A DNA stretch of 64,000 nt from Thermodesulfobacteriota bacterium. GTDB lineage: Bacteria; Desulfobacterota_D; UBA1144; Nemesobacterales; UBA2774. Under the pieces are notes generated by a model that saw nothing but the letters and a program-made list of their open reading frames with translations, made no database searches and had not been told where the DNA came from. The DNA is taken from positions 2,080,001 through 2,144,000 of the forward strand of contig OZ244991.1 of assembly GCA_965223335.1 (NCBI GenBank). Direction: 5' to 3'. The translations under genes and the position numbers were made by a program. How positions within the stretch are numbered: position 1 is the first letter of the stretch; every line of letters begins with the position of its first letter. Positions 30,806 through 41,480 of this stretch are shown here, one piece after another.

Positions 30806-31696
30806 TTATGATGAGAACCTGAACTTCTTCCAATACCTGGCCATGCCCCATACGTTCATCCAGAAGAAATCCGCATACTCGTAGGACTTAATATTGATCT
30901 CGTCGGCTCCGCCCTGGCTTAGGTGCTCGACTATGTACCGCTCGTACTCGGGCACAATGTCGTCCTCTGTCTTGCCGTCTTTAAGACGGTTGCCTATCCA
31001 GTCGGTGAACTCGAGCAGGTCGTCTTCAAGTCTATCAAGGTGCTCGTTTACGTCTTTGCAGTCCCCGAAATGAGCCAGATAAAGCACATCGGGACCTGCA
31101 CTGCGTATTTTAGCTATGGAGTCTTGCCAGGCCTCTAGGTTTATGTCGGGCGGGGGTGTGGGTACGAGTATGGGGCCTCCGTCGATCCTTACCCCAGCTA
31201 CATCGCCTGCGAACACAGCGTTGTCTACCAGATAGGCGTTGTGGTGGGACGCGTGACCGGGGGTCTCGAGCACGGTTATTTCAAGCCCGCCTATATCGAT
31301 GATCTCGCGGTCTCGTGCGATCTGCACGTAGATCTCATTTACCGGTTCAATTTGTCCCCAAAGCTCCTCCATCTTGTCTTTGAATATCATCTCGGCAGAG
31401 GCAACAAGTTTCGCGGGGTCTATAAGATGTTTTGCGCCCCGCTCATGCACATAGACCCGCGCGCCTTTATTGGCAAACTGCCAAGCCCCACCGGAGTGGT
31501 CGAGGTGTATATGGGTAAGCAGGATGTGTTTTACGTCCTCGGGCTCATGGCCCAGGTCTTTTATCCCCGCTACAAGGTTCTCGTACACGGTGCTTGGGCC
31601 TGTGTCCACGAGTATAAGCCCGTCGGGGGACTCGATTAGATAAGATGCGATGACTTTGGGTTGGAAAAAATTAAGGTCAATGCAATGGACTTTCAT
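30806..31696 (-). CDS. MBL-fold metallohydrolase
   Basis: THIHLDHSGG, TPGHASHH, GD motifs. Confidence 0.9.
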   Translation of the reverse strand: MKVHCIDLNFFQPKVIASYLIESPDGLILVDTGPSTVYENLVAGIKDLGHEPEDVKHILLTHIHLDHSGGAWQFANKGARVYVHERGAKHLIDPAKLVASAEMIFKDKMEELWGQIEPVNEIYVQIARDREIIDIGGLEITVLETPGHASHHNAYLVDNAVFAGDVAGVRIDGGPILVPTPPPDINLEAWQDSIAKIRSAGPDVLYLAHFGDCKDVNEHLDRLEDDLLEFTDWIGNRLKDGKTEDDIVPEYERYIVEHLSQGGADEINIKSYEYADFFWMNVWGMARYWKKFRFSS

Positions 31697-31760
31697 TGGG
31701 GCTCCTCGTGCTCTATAAAATTATTTCTAGCCTAACCGAATATCCTCCAGCGAACAATGT

Positions 31761-32867
31761 TTATGATGCGCTTAGTTTGGTGGAGGCCTTTCCGTCGTTG
31801 ATATGAAATATTTTCATCTCGCCGTCATAGAGGATTTCGTCGGTATGGGTTGCTGTGACAAATATCTGGCCCGTAAAATCGCGCAAGAGGTCGAATAAGA
31901 ATTTTTTTCTCTTCATATCGAGCTCGCTGGATACATCGTCGAGTAGCAAAATGGGGGTTTTGCCGGTCACCTGTTTTGTGATCTCTATCTCGGCTGTTCT
32001 AAGGGCTAGTGCCAGGTTCTTGGCCTCGCCCTGGCTTGCGTATAGGGCAGCGTCGCGGGAGTTAAGGCTAAACTCGATCTTATCCCTTTGGGGCCCTGTG
32101 GTGGTGTGCTTACGAGCTCTATCGAGCTTAAACCTCGAGATCAGTTCATCCTGAAACCCCTCTTCGATTTTTTGCTCCGAGTCATAATTGAAGGAGCTCT
32201 CGTAGAAAATCTCGATTTTTGATTCTGTGCCCGAGCTCTCGCGGTAGATCCTCTCTACATGGGGTTTTAGCATCATAATGTAGTGAAGGCGTTTTCTTAT
32301 GACCGCGGCACCGTGTTGTGCGATCCTCTCGTTCCATATATCCATATCGCGCTCTTTCAAGCCGGGGGATTTGGAGAGCACAGCGTTTCGCTGCGAGAGT
32401 ATCCTAAAGTAGGTCCTTAGACTGCGGATGTGCTCGGGCTCCACACTGCATATGAGTGCGTCTATGTAGCGCCTCCGCTCTTGCGGTGTGCCTTTAACGA
32501 GCACAAGGTCTGAGGGTAGAAACGAAACCGTATGGAACTTGCCCAGTATGGTGGCGGCTTTGTAAACGACCTTGCCGTTTAGTTTGATCGTTTTGTTGGC
32601 ATCGGTAATATGCACGTGGATCTCGTCCAGGCCCCCGGATGATTCGACCTCGCCTTTAATTCCGCAGCTCTGCTCGCCGTTTCTGATGAGCTCTTTATTA
32701 CGAGTGAGTCTAAAGGGTTTGGTCTTAAATAGAATATGGACGGCCTCTAGCAGGTTGGTTTTCCCGGCGGCGTTATAACCGTAGATGAGGTTGAATTTAT
32801 CGTGGAAACTAAAGGTCTCTTGCCGGTAGGTTCTGAAGTTCTTTAAAGTCAGGGATTTTAGTATCAC
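31761..32867 (-). CDS. recF: DNA replication/repair protein RecF
   Basis: NFRTY, GYNAAGKTNLLEA, P.ERRRYID, ASQGE, LLLDDVSSELD; GTG at 32867 is the likely start (ORF extends to 32927). Confidence 0.93.
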   Translation of the reverse strand: MILKSLTLKNFRTYRQETFSFHDKFNLIYGYNAAGKTNLLEAVHILFKTKPFRLTRNKELIRNGEQSCGIKGEVESSGGLDEIHVHITDANKTIKLNGKVVYKAATILGKFHTVSFLPSDLVLVKGTPQERRRYIDALICSVEPEHIRSLRTYFRILSQRNAVLSKSPGLKERDMDIWNERIAQHGAAVIRKRLHYIMMLKPHVERIYRESSGTESKIEIFYESSFNYDSEQKIEEGFQDELISRFKLDRARKHTTTGPQRDKIEFSLNSRDAALYASQGEAKNLALALRTAEIEITKQVTGKTPILLLDDVSSELDMKRKKFLFDLLRDFTGQIFVTATHTDEILYDGEMKIFHINDGKASTKLSAS

Positions 32868-32991
32868 TTGAGCCCGCTTGGAGGATAAGTTTAATGGAAT
32901 TATAAATAATTGGTAAAATTTGTTCAATTCATTGTTCTTGACCCCCTATAGCCCCAGCGGTATTATCTTTTATGTAGCCAGGAGTGTGTGA

Positions 32992-35106
32992 ATGAAAGCA
33001 CTAAAAATCTGCGAAATTGCCCATAAAGACTCGTGCAAGGGAGTAGCGCGCCTAAGCTCTCTGGATATGGAGGAGCTGGGTGTAAGTGCATGGGACATTG
33101 TGGAGGTGGGTGGGAAGCGAAAGACCATGGTCAGGGTCATGCCGCTTGAGAAGGCAAACGGCCAAAAATCGATCATCGAACTTGACGGGGTGACGCGCGA
33201 GAATGTGCGTGCCGAGCTGGACGACCAGGTCTTTGTAAAAAAAGTAGAGAGTAAAACAGCCACAAAAGTAGTCTTGGCCCCCCACAGCACTGACCTGCTC
33301 TATAACGGCAATGAGGGCAAGTACCTGTTGGATCGCCTAGATGGTTTTCCCATAACCGTGGGGGATAAGCTTAGGATTAACCTGCCGGGGAGGAGCACCG
33401 AGGATTTTCAGGTCCTAGGCACCATACCTGCCGAGTCGGTGGTGATCCGCTCCACTACTAAACTCGACATTAGAAAACGGCCCAAGACCAAAGTAGACAA
33501 CTCGCGCATTACATATGAGGACATAGGCGGGCTCGGCGAGCAGATAAGAAAGGTCCGAGAGATAGTAGAGATCCCGCTTAAGTACCCGCAATTATTCGAT
33601 AAGATGGGGATTGATCCCCCGCGCGGACTGCTGCTGGTAGGCCCGCCGGGCAGTGGTAAGACCATGCTTGCAAAGGCCGTTGCCCACGAAACCAACGCCA
33701 ATTTTCAGGTCATAAACGGCCCCGAGGTAATGCATAAGTTCTATGGGGAGAGCGAGGCCAGGTTGCGGGATATTTTTGAAATTGCCACGCGCAACCAGCC
33801 CTCTATCATATTGCTCGATGAACTTGACGCTATCGCACCCAAGCGCGAGAAGGTATCAGGGGATGTGGAAAAGAGGATCGTAGCACAGCTCCTATCGCTT
33901 ATGGACGGGCTTAGTCAAAGGGGTAAGGTAGTGGTGATCGGTGCTACGAACCTGCCGTCGTCAATCGATCCGGCGCTTAGGAGGCCCGGGCGCTTTGACC
34001 GCGAGATAAGTCTCGATGTGCCTGATAGAAACGGCAGGGTGCATATACTCGAGATATACACTCGCGGGATGCCGCTTGCGGGCGATATAGATCTTGAGCG
34101 TCTTGCGGACCTCACACACGGCTTTGTGGGTGCCGATATAGAGAACCTCTGCCGTGAGTCTGCCATGAAGGCACTCAGGTCGGCGGTGCCGGACTTTGAG
34201 TTTGATGCAGAGGTCACAAACTTTGAAGATATCTCACCCCTAGAGGTCGGGATGGAGCACTTTCTGGATGCCCTCAAAGACGTGGAGCCCTCGGCCATAA
34301 GGGAGATCTTTGTAGAGATACCAAAGGTCACATGGGAGGATGTAGGGGGGCTCGGGGATATTAAAGAGAGGCTGACCGAGTCTGTGATATGGCCTATACA
34401 GCACCGCGAGGTGTTTGAGGCCGCGTTAACAAAGGCCCCAAAAGGTATAATCTTCTCAGGCCCCCCGGGCACTGGTAAAACACTACTTGCCAAGGCACTG
34501 GCCAACCAGAGCGGGGCTAACTTTATATCCATAAAAGGTGCGGAGATATTCTCTAAATACGTAGGGGAGTCGGAGCATGCTATACGCGAGGTGTTTAGGA
34601 AGGCAAAGCAGGTCTCGCCCTCGATTGTGTTTTTTGACGAGATCGACGCCATAGCACCGCCAAGGCGCGAGAGCGACGGCACGCGTGTTACGGAAAGAGT
34701 CGTAAGCCAGCTGCTTATCGAGATGGACGGGGTCGAGGAGCTACGTGACGTGCTTGTACTGGCCGCCACTAACCGCCTCGATATGGTAGACCCGGCAATA
34801 CTGCGCGCCGGGAGGTTCGACCTGATACTCAACATCCCCTACCCTGACGAAAAAGCACTCTATGAGATCCTCAGAATCCATACCAAGGACAAACCGCTTG
34901 GAAGGGACGTGAAATTAAAAGCGCTTGCTAAAGAGACAGTAGGATTTACAGGGGCTGATATAGAGCTGTTATCGCACCGCTCGAGTGTGCTTGCAATTAG
35001 GGACTATCTGAAAAAAAAGAAAAAAACCCTTACAATCTCTGAGCGCCACATACTAGAGGCGCTTAAGGAAATCAAAGGCAAAATCAATACGGAATCTACT
35101 GACTAA
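32992..35106 (+). CDS. CDC48/VCP-family AAA+ ATPase
   Basis: CDC48 N-domain, ITYEDIGGL, two AAA modules (GPPGSGKT, GPPGTGKT), VEPSAIRE, ALRRPGRFD. Confidence 0.93.
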   Translation: MKALKICEIAHKDSCKGVARLSSLDMEELGVSAWDIVEVGGKRKTMVRVMPLEKANGQKSIIELDGVTRENVRAELDDQVFVKKVESKTATKVVLAPHSTDLLYNGNEGKYLLDRLDGFPITVGDKLRINLPGRSTEDFQVLGTIPAESVVIRSTTKLDIRKRPKTKVDNSRITYEDIGGLGEQIRKVREIVEIPLKYPQLFDKMGIDPPRGLLLVGPPGSGKTMLAKAVAHETNANFQVINGPEVMHKFYGESEARLRDIFEIATRNQPSIILLDELDAIAPKREKVSGDVEKRIVAQLLSLMDGLSQRGKVVVIGATNLPSSIDPALRRPGRFDREISLDVPDRNGRVHILEIYTRGMPLAGDIDLERLADLTHGFVGADIENLCRESAMKALRSAVPDFEFDAEVTNFEDISPLEVGMEHFLDALKDVEPSAIREIFVEIPKVTWEDVGGLGDIKERLTESVIWPIQHREVFEAALTKAPKGIIFSGPPGTGKTLLAKALANQSGANFISIKGAEIFSKYVGESEHAIREVFRKAKQVSPSIVFFDEIDAIAPPRRESDGTRVTERVVSQLLIEMDGVEELRDVLVLAATNRLDMVDPAILRAGRFDLILNIPYPDEKALYEILRIHTKDKPLGRDVKLKALAKETVGFTGADIELLSHRSSVLAIRDYLKKKKKTLTISERHILEALKEIKGKINTESTD

Positions 35107-35126
35107 GGCCGATCTAGGATAATAAT

Positions 35127-35972
35127 TTGCCACAATTCGAAGTCAATAACACAGTGTTGTACGTGATAAGCTTTATTTTTGGTGCTGTGGTGGGGAGTTT
35201 CTTAAACGTCTGCATATACAGGCTGCCCAGAGAGGAGTCGATTGTGTTCCCGCCCTCGCACTGCACGGACTGTGGGACGGGGATAAAGGCCTACCATAAT
35301 ATCCCTATACTGAGCTATCTGTTCCTGGGTGGTAAGTGTGCAAGTTGCGGCTCGCGGATATCGTTCATGTACCCTTTTGTAGAGGCGCTTTCTGGGCTTT
35401 TGCTGCTGTTTATATTCTGGAAATACGGTCTCTCATGGCCGACACTGTTTTACACAATTTTTGCGTTCTCTTTAGTGGTCATCACGTTCATTGACCTCGA
35501 ACACTTCATAATCCCAAACGTAATTACGTTCCCGGGGGTGGCTGTGGGCCTTATTTTTAATGCAATCATCACCGACTGGGCTAAATTTCCCGAGGTTTGG
35601 GGAGCCGTTGAGCATGACGTCATAGGGCTATTTCAGCTGGCTGCTCATGTGCCTGTGGTTGACGGGGTCTTGGGTGCAATACTGGGCGGCGGGGTGCTCT
35701 ATTTGATCGCCTTTCTATACGAGCTTATACGAAAGCGCGAGGGAATGGGTATGGGTGATGTAAAGCTGCTTGCGATGATAGGGGCGTTTTTGGGGTGGAA
35801 GGGAGTGATCTTTGTGGCATTTGTGAGTTCGTTGTTGGGCACTATAGTAGGTATTTCCATTATACTCTATCAAAGAGGGGACCTTAAGTATGCTATCCCG
35901 TTCGGTCCTTTCCTGTCGATTGCAGCAATCATATATATATTCACAGGCGGTTTCAGCTTTAGTTTTAATTAA
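35127..35972 (+). CDS. pilD: Prepilin peptidase / N-methyltransferase
   Basis: GSFLNVCIYRLP, two CxxC, IDLEH, GMGMGDVKL, IPFGPFL. Confidence 0.95.
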   Translation: MPQFEVNNTVLYVISFIFGAVVGSFLNVCIYRLPREESIVFPPSHCTDCGTGIKAYHNIPILSYLFLGGKCASCGSRISFMYPFVEALSGLLLLFIFWKYGLSWPTLFYTIFAFSLVVITFIDLEHFIIPNVITFPGVAVGLIFNAIITDWAKFPEVWGAVEHDVIGLFQLAAHVPVVDGVLGAILGGGVLYLIAFLYELIRKREGMGMGDVKLLAMIGAFLGWKGVIFVAFVSSLLGTIVGISIILYQRGDLKYAIPFGPFLSIAAIIYIFTGGFSFSFN

Positions 35973-36055
35973 TCTAGCAATTTGTTTTACCTAGCGGGTA
36001 CAAGATTTATGAGTGTTGTCGAGAGTCTAGAAGTAGTGCATGTAATTCAGCATCC

Positions 36056-37543
36056 GTGGGGGGGACGATGAGGCCGATTGGGCTTAGGGCAGAGTTGTTG
36101 CTTAACATTCTGCTGCTTACCGCAGTGGCCATGTTTTTGGTCGGTGTGATAGCGTTTAAGGTGACCGAGAGGTTTGCACTCCAGGGCCAGATCGATGGGC
36201 TTGAGTCTGTGGCTGCTGCGTTTGATGACGCCTATCTGGAGGAGGGAGACACCGAGGAGGGGGTGGAGTTTGTAAAAGAGGTGTTGGAGCCGGGTGCGTG
36301 GGGGGTGGTTGCCCGAGGGGGCAAACGGACGGAGTTTAGCAAACCGGGCGAGGAGCTTGATGAGTCGGCAAATAAAAGCGACCCGCTTATACTCGAGGCC
36401 ATAAACAGCGGGAGGACCGCTGTTAGGGTATACGGTTATAACCTGCCTCCGTTTTCAACATTTGAGTCCCTAAAAGTAGCCGTGCCGCTCTCGCAAAGCG
36501 GAGATGTGCTTCTTATGCATCAGCCGCTTAAGTCGTTTGATAAGAGCATAATTTTAAGCCAGAAACTAATAGCACTTTGGATAATACTGTTTTTAATTGT
36601 TATAGCACTTTTCGGCTACTACCTGATCTCAAGACGCGTGGTTAAACCGATGGACAGGCTCATAAGAGCGACTGAGAATATTGCAAAGGGCCGCCCGCCG
36701 CACGATGTGGACACGGGCAATGTAAACGAGATCGAGAAGCTCCACAATGCGCTCTGCGATATGTATGACGAGATAGAGCTAAGCAAGTCGGAGCTAAGCG
36801 GCAAGATTGATGAACTTGAGGACGCCAATAAAAAATTGTTAGACGCACAAAGGGAGCTCATTGCAGCAGAGAAGCTTGCGTCGTTGGGTAAGCTCTCGGC
36901 GGGTGTGGCGCACGAGATCGGCAACCCCCTTTCTGCAATAAGAGGGTATCTAGAGGTGCTTGTAGGCGGCGATCTTAGCGATGAGACGAAAAAAGCCGAG
37001 ATCCTAACAAACATAGAGAACGAGACGGGGCGGATTGACAGGATCATACACACACTTTTGGACTACTCACGGCCGCGCGATGCAATGACAAGGCCCATAC
37101 AGCTAAACGAGGTTGTACGCCAGAGTGTGGAGATTGTAAGCAGCCAGGGTGTGGCAAAGAACATAAACATAGTGCTTGATCTTAAGGATCCACTTCCTGA
37201 GATTGAGGGCGATCCGCACCAGATCTCGCAGGTTTTCATAAACCTCCTGCTTAACTCACGCGATGCGATGAACGATAGCGGTGAGATACGTATATCGAGC
37301 GATTTTGAGCCCGACCAGGATATCATGATTGTGTTTGAGGATACGGGAGGGGGTATTGAGCCCCTAAATCACGACAGAATCTTTGACCCCTTTTTCACTA
37401 CTAAAGAGCCCGGGCAGGGTACAGGGCTAGGGCTTTCTGTGTCTGCGAGGATTGTAGAGAACTTTGGGGGTACAATTAAGGTAGACGGAAGCTATAGCGA
37501 GGGGGCCAGGTTTGTGATCACATTCCCTGAGGCCACCGAGTAA
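36056..37543 (+). CDS. HAMP sensor histidine kinase (NtrB/PilS-like)
   Basis: Two TMs, HAMP, AGVAHEIGNPL, FDPFFTTK, GTGLGL. Confidence 0.93.
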   Translation: MGGTMRPIGLRAELLLNILLLTAVAMFLVGVIAFKVTERFALQGQIDGLESVAAAFDDAYLEEGDTEEGVEFVKEVLEPGAWGVVARGGKRTEFSKPGEELDESANKSDPLILEAINSGRTAVRVYGYNLPPFSTFESLKVAVPLSQSGDVLLMHQPLKSFDKSIILSQKLIALWIILFLIVIALFGYYLISRRVVKPMDRLIRATENIAKGRPPHDVDTGNVNEIEKLHNALCDMYDEIELSKSELSGKIDELEDANKKLLDAQRELIAAEKLASLGKLSAGVAHEIGNPLSAIRGYLEVLVGGDLSDETKKAEILTNIENETGRIDRIIHTLLDYSRPRDAMTRPIQLNEVVRQSVEIVSSQGVAKNINIVLDLKDPLPEIEGDPHQISQVFINLLLNSRDAMNDSGEIRISSDFEPDQDIMIVFEDTGGGIEPLNHDRIFDPFFTTKEPGQGTGLGLSVSARIVENFGGTIKVDGSYSEGARFVITFPEATE

Positions 37544-37547
37544 AAAG

Positions 37548-38903
37548 ATGCCGAGAATATTAGTAATTGACGATGAAGCCGGGGTTCGCGAATCGCTTGG
37601 GATGATACTCGAGTCCAAGGGCTATAGCGTGGACAGCTCCCCGAGTGCCCTCGAGGGTCTCGAATTGATCGACTCCGGGAAGAGCTACGATTTTATTATA
37701 TCGGATATTAGGATGCCGGGGCTAAGCGGCCTTGATTTTCTAAAGGAACTAAGGGGCCGTGACGTGGGTTCGATAGTGATTATGATTTCTGCATACGGCT
37801 CTGTGGAGACATCTGTTGAGGCCATAAAAAACGGGGCCGACGACTACATAAATAAACCCATTGTCACCGAGGAGCTCATACTGAGGATGAAAATGGCCGA
37901 AGAGAAAAAGAGGCTTCGGCGAGAGAACGTCTATCTGCGTAAAGAGCTCGGCAGCACAGACGAGTTCTCTGACATTATCACCGAGTCAGAGAATATGCTT
38001 GAGGTCATATATCTTGCCGAAAAGGCGTCGCAGTTTAAGACCACGGTACTCATAGTGGGTGAGAGCGGCACCGGTAAGGAGCTAATCGCAAAAGCGATCC
38101 ACCGCGGTAGCAATAGGAGCCAAAAACCATTTGTGGCCGTTAATTGTGCGGCGATACCCGAGACCCTGCTCGAAAGTGAGCTCTTTGGGTACATGAAGGG
38201 TGCGTTTAGCGGTGCGGACACTACAAAAAGAGGGTTATTTGAAGAGGCCGATAACGGTACGATATTTTTAGATGAGATAGGCGAGTTTCCACTATTGTTG
38301 CAGCCCAAGCTGCTTAGGGTGCTGCAGGAGCAGGAGATAAGGCGGCTTGGGGACACTAAAACCATAAACATCGATGTTAGGGTGGTTACGGCAACCTCGA
38401 GGGACCTGGAACAGGAGGTGGAGGAAGGGAGGTTTAGAAGCGACCTCTATTACAGATTAAATGTGTTCCCTATATCTATGCCCCCGCTTAGGGAGCGCTT
38501 GGACGATATCCCCGCACTGGTGACCCATTTTATAGAGAAGAATAACGATCAGTTCGGTAAAAAGATTACGGGGGTTGCACCCGAGGCGCTGGAACAGCTG
38601 ATGAAGTACCCTTGGCATGGGAATATAAGAGAGCTCGAAAACGTGGTCGAGAGAGCGATGATAGTGTCCGACACGCCCGAAATTACCGATTTTGATTTAG
38701 GAGACGGGGGTGTTAAAAGCAAAATGGATCTTGATAACTGGCTCGTGACACATTCATTTGATGAGGCTAAAAAAGAGCTGGAACAGCTATACATTCAAAA
38801 CGCTCTTAAACAAACGGGGGGCAACCGCACCAAAGCCGCAAAACTGTTGGGTATTAGCAGGCGCTCACTTCTGTATAAGATAAAGGATTTGGAGGACTCG
38901 TAG
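37548..38903 (+). CDS. Sigma54-dependent response regulator (NtrC/PilR-like)
   Basis: REC, GESGTGKE, GAFSGA, WHGNIRELEN, Fis HTH. Confidence 0.94.
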   Translation: MPRILVIDDEAGVRESLGMILESKGYSVDSSPSALEGLELIDSGKSYDFIISDIRMPGLSGLDFLKELRGRDVGSIVIMISAYGSVETSVEAIKNGADDYINKPIVTEELILRMKMAEEKKRLRRENVYLRKELGSTDEFSDIITESENMLEVIYLAEKASQFKTTVLIVGESGTGKELIAKAIHRGSNRSQKPFVAVNCAAIPETLLESELFGYMKGAFSGADTTKRGLFEEADNGTIFLDEIGEFPLLLQPKLLRVLQEQEIRRLGDTKTINIDVRVVTATSRDLEQEVEEGRFRSDLYYRLNVFPISMPPLRERLDDIPALVTHFIEKNNDQFGKKITGVAPEALEQLMKYPWHGNIRELENVVERAMIVSDTPEITDFDLGDGGVKSKMDLDNWLVTHSFDEAKKELEQLYIQNALKQTGGNRTKAAKLLGISRRSLLYKIKDLEDS

Positions 38904-38962
38904 CCAGTACTATCGAGTGTACACATTTAAACCACCTAGGGCGAGTGAAACGGTAACCATAC

Positions 38963-40360
38963 ATGTCTAAAAAGATTGTTGTAGTTGGAGGGGGTGTTGC
39001 GGGTTTAAGTGCCGCGCACCGGGTAAAGGAGCTTGCCGAGCAGAGGGGGGTTGACGTTGATCTAGTTTTGTTTGAGGCGGGTCCAAGAGCCGGTGGTGTA
39101 ATATCCACGGTAAAAACGGACGGCTATCTAGTCGAGATGGGGCCCGATATGTTTATTACCAATAAGCCTTGGGCATTGGACCTGACCAAGCGGCTTGGCC
39201 TCGAATCGGAACTAATTTCCACCAACGATGAGAACCGCAGGGCGTTTGTGCTCTTAAACGGTGAGCTTGTAGCTGTGCCCGAGGGCTTTTTGATGTTGGC
39301 ACCCTCAAAGATAAAACCCTTTCTATCGACTCCGCTTTTTAGCTGGGCCACAAAGCTCAGGATGCTCTGTGACCTGTTTATACCGAGCTCTGTGAAGCGT
39401 GACGAGAGCCTGGCCTCGTTTGTGAGAAGGAGGCTCGGGCGTGAGGCCCTAGAACGCGGGGCTGAGCCGCTTATAAGCGGGGTTTACACAGCTGACGCCG
39501 AGAAACTGAGCCTGCGCGCCACTATGCCCCAGTTTGTAGAGATGGAGGAGCAGTTTGGAAGCCTCATACTCGCGATGCTAAACAAAAACAGCAAATCAAG
39601 TGAGGACAGCGGCGCGCGCTACAGCATGTTTATGAGTTTTAGGGATGGGATGCAGACACTTATCGATAGTTTGGTTGAATCACTTCCAAAAGATACCCTT
39701 CACCTAAAAACTCCTGTAGATAAAATCTATAGGCATAAGACCGGGTGGAAACTAAAGACCGGCCGTAAGCTTACAATAGCCGACGGAGTGATCATTACCG
39801 CACCCTCGCATGCAACGTCGGAGATGCTCACCGAGGTCGATGCAAATTTAAGTAGTTCAATAGCATCTATCCCCCACGCATCGTCGGCAGTGGCAGTGCT
39901 TGGGTACAGGGCTACAGACATAGGAGATAAACTGGACGGGTTTGGGTTTGTGGTACCCAGGATCGAGGGGCGGGACATAATAGCATGCTCTTATAGCAGC
40001 GTTAAATTTGACGGTAGAACCCCTGAGGGCACACAGTTGCTGCGTGTGTTTATGGGCGGGGCCACAAATGAGCAAATCCTTGACAAATCGGACTATGAGC
40101 TTATAGATATTGCCACTCGAGAGATAGAGCCTATACTCAAAATAAAAGCGAAACCGCAATTGAAGCTCTTGGCCCGTTATCCCAACGCCATGCCCCAGTA
40201 CCATGTGGGACACATAGACAAGGTAAACGCTATAATGAGCCTACTAGACGGTCATAAAGGCCTTGCCGTGGGGGGCCTTGCATATCGAGGGGTAGGCATA
40301 CCCGACTCAGTTCACTCGGGCGAGATTGCCGCTGAGAAGGTCGTCACAGACCTGTTCTAA
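38963..40360 (+). CDS. hemY: Protoporphyrinogen/coproporphyrinogen oxidase (HemY type)
   Basis: GGGVAGL FAD motif, EMGPD, DESLASFVRRRLG, AMPQYHVGH, GVGIPD. Confidence 0.9.
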   Translation: MSKKIVVVGGGVAGLSAAHRVKELAEQRGVDVDLVLFEAGPRAGGVISTVKTDGYLVEMGPDMFITNKPWALDLTKRLGLESELISTNDENRRAFVLLNGELVAVPEGFLMLAPSKIKPFLSTPLFSWATKLRMLCDLFIPSSVKRDESLASFVRRRLGREALERGAEPLISGVYTADAEKLSLRATMPQFVEMEEQFGSLILAMLNKNSKSSEDSGARYSMFMSFRDGMQTLIDSLVESLPKDTLHLKTPVDKIYRHKTGWKLKTGRKLTIADGVIITAPSHATSEMLTEVDANLSSSIASIPHASSAVAVLGYRATDIGDKLDGFGFVVPRIEGRDIIACSYSSVKFDGRTPEGTQLLRVFMGGATNEQILDKSDYELIDIATREIEPILKIKAKPQLKLLARYPNAMPQYHVGHIDKVNAIMSLLDGHKGLAVGGLAYRGVGIPDSVHSGEIAAEKVVTDLF

Positions 40361-40370
40361 CCAATAAACG

Positions 40371-40982
40371 CTATGGCCCGAAGGGGTTTTGAGTCTCTAC
40401 ACTGGGCTCTGTCTTTAGCTGAGTTCGCCTGTTGTGGCGTCTGTATAGAGCCCTGCCGCCGTAGAATAAGAGCCCGAGAACTAGCACTGCTGCTACAACG
40501 GGTATCGCGATTGCGAGAATCGACATTATAAGTGAGCTGCCTGCCTCGACGGTAGATACAACCGGGTTGGCAAGCCCTCCTGTGGTTGCAGTCGATCCCA
40601 GTCTGGTAACTGTTGTAAGCCCCTGTACGGTGCCTGCAACACCACCGCCGACAATCACAGCCAGGGACCATTTTAGTATCGGACTCATCTCTGTTACTGC
40701 CGAGGCCATTACAACAGTGCCTGCTACAGTTGCGGCCGGGATGGCCACGGTGTCGAGCAAGTTGTCTAGCCAAGGTACATAGTATGCTGAAATCTCTAGG
40801 AACGATGCGACTGCAAATGCGCTAAGTGCAGGGTATGTACCAATCCATTCGAATTCGGGTGAAAGAGTCATGTGGCCGGACATGGATGCCGCGCTCATTA
40901 CGAGCAGCGGTAAAAACACTCTAAATCCGGCAGCTGCACTCAATCCAACGCCTAAAAATAAGGCTAATATGGTGTCTTCCAT
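40371..40982 (-). CDS. DUF4126 membrane protein
   Basis: GLSAAAGFRVFLP, YYVPWLDNLLD, TGGLANPVVSTVE. Confidence 0.85.
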   Translation of the reverse strand: MEDTILALFLGVGLSAAAGFRVFLPLLVMSAASMSGHMTLSPEFEWIGTYPALSAFAVASFLEISAYYVPWLDNLLDTVAIPAATVAGTVVMASAVTEMSPILKWSLAVIVGGGVAGTVQGLTTVTRLGSTATTGGLANPVVSTVEAGSSLIMSILAIAIPVVAAVLVLGLLFYGGRALYRRHNRRTQLKTEPSVETQNPFGP

Positions 40983-41057
40983 TCTGTTTTGCCCTCCTAT
41001 TTATAGTATAGGTATGGGCTTTGTAAAATCAAGAAAAATATATGTATTTAACTACTG

Positions 41058-41480
41058 TTATGCCTTTTTTATCTCTGCTATCTTTATGTTAAATGTGATG
41101 GATTTGCCGGCGTAGGGGTGGTTGTAGTTGAGCTCGACACCCTGCTCGGAAACGTTGGATATATAGCAGTTGCCCTCGGGGGTTTTAAATATCATGCCTA
41201 CCTCGGGTTTTATGTTGATCTCTTCGAAGTGTTCGGGCTGTATAGTTTGGATAAGACCCGGGTTTTCGTTGCCGTATGCTTCCTCGGGGGTAACGTGCAC
41301 CTCTTTCTCCTCGCCCTCGGTCATTCCTACTATGGCTTTATCAAGCCCCGGGATGAGTTTGCCCGAGCCTATTTCTGCCGTCATGGGCTCTTCGTCAAAG
41401 GAATGAAACTCCTGCCCGCCGTCGATCACCCCCTGGTACTGTATCGTTACGGTGTCGCCCTTTTCTACTGTATTGCTCAT
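41058..41480 (-). CDS. FKBP-type peptidyl-prolyl isomerase (SlyD-like, no His tail)
   Basis: LIPGLD, PEEAYG, NHPYAGK. Confidence 0.9.
   Translation of the reverse strand: MSNTVEKGDTVTIQYQGVIDGGQEFHSFDEEPMTAEIGSGKLIPGLDKAIVGMTEGEEKEVHVTPEEAYGNENPGLIQTIQPEHFEEINIKPEVGMIFKTPEGNCYISNVSEQGVELNYNHPYAGKSITFNIKIAEIKKA

Noticed and set aside
33915..34835. 306-aa antisense ORF, and similar long antisense ORFs over ligA, polX, the RND genes and DUF3604
   Set aside because: Fully overlap well-supported genes on the opposite strand and have Ser-rich shadow composition
38190..38220. GAFSGA instead of GAFTGA in the sigma54 activator
   Set aside because: A known natural variant; not enough to call the protein inactive or novel
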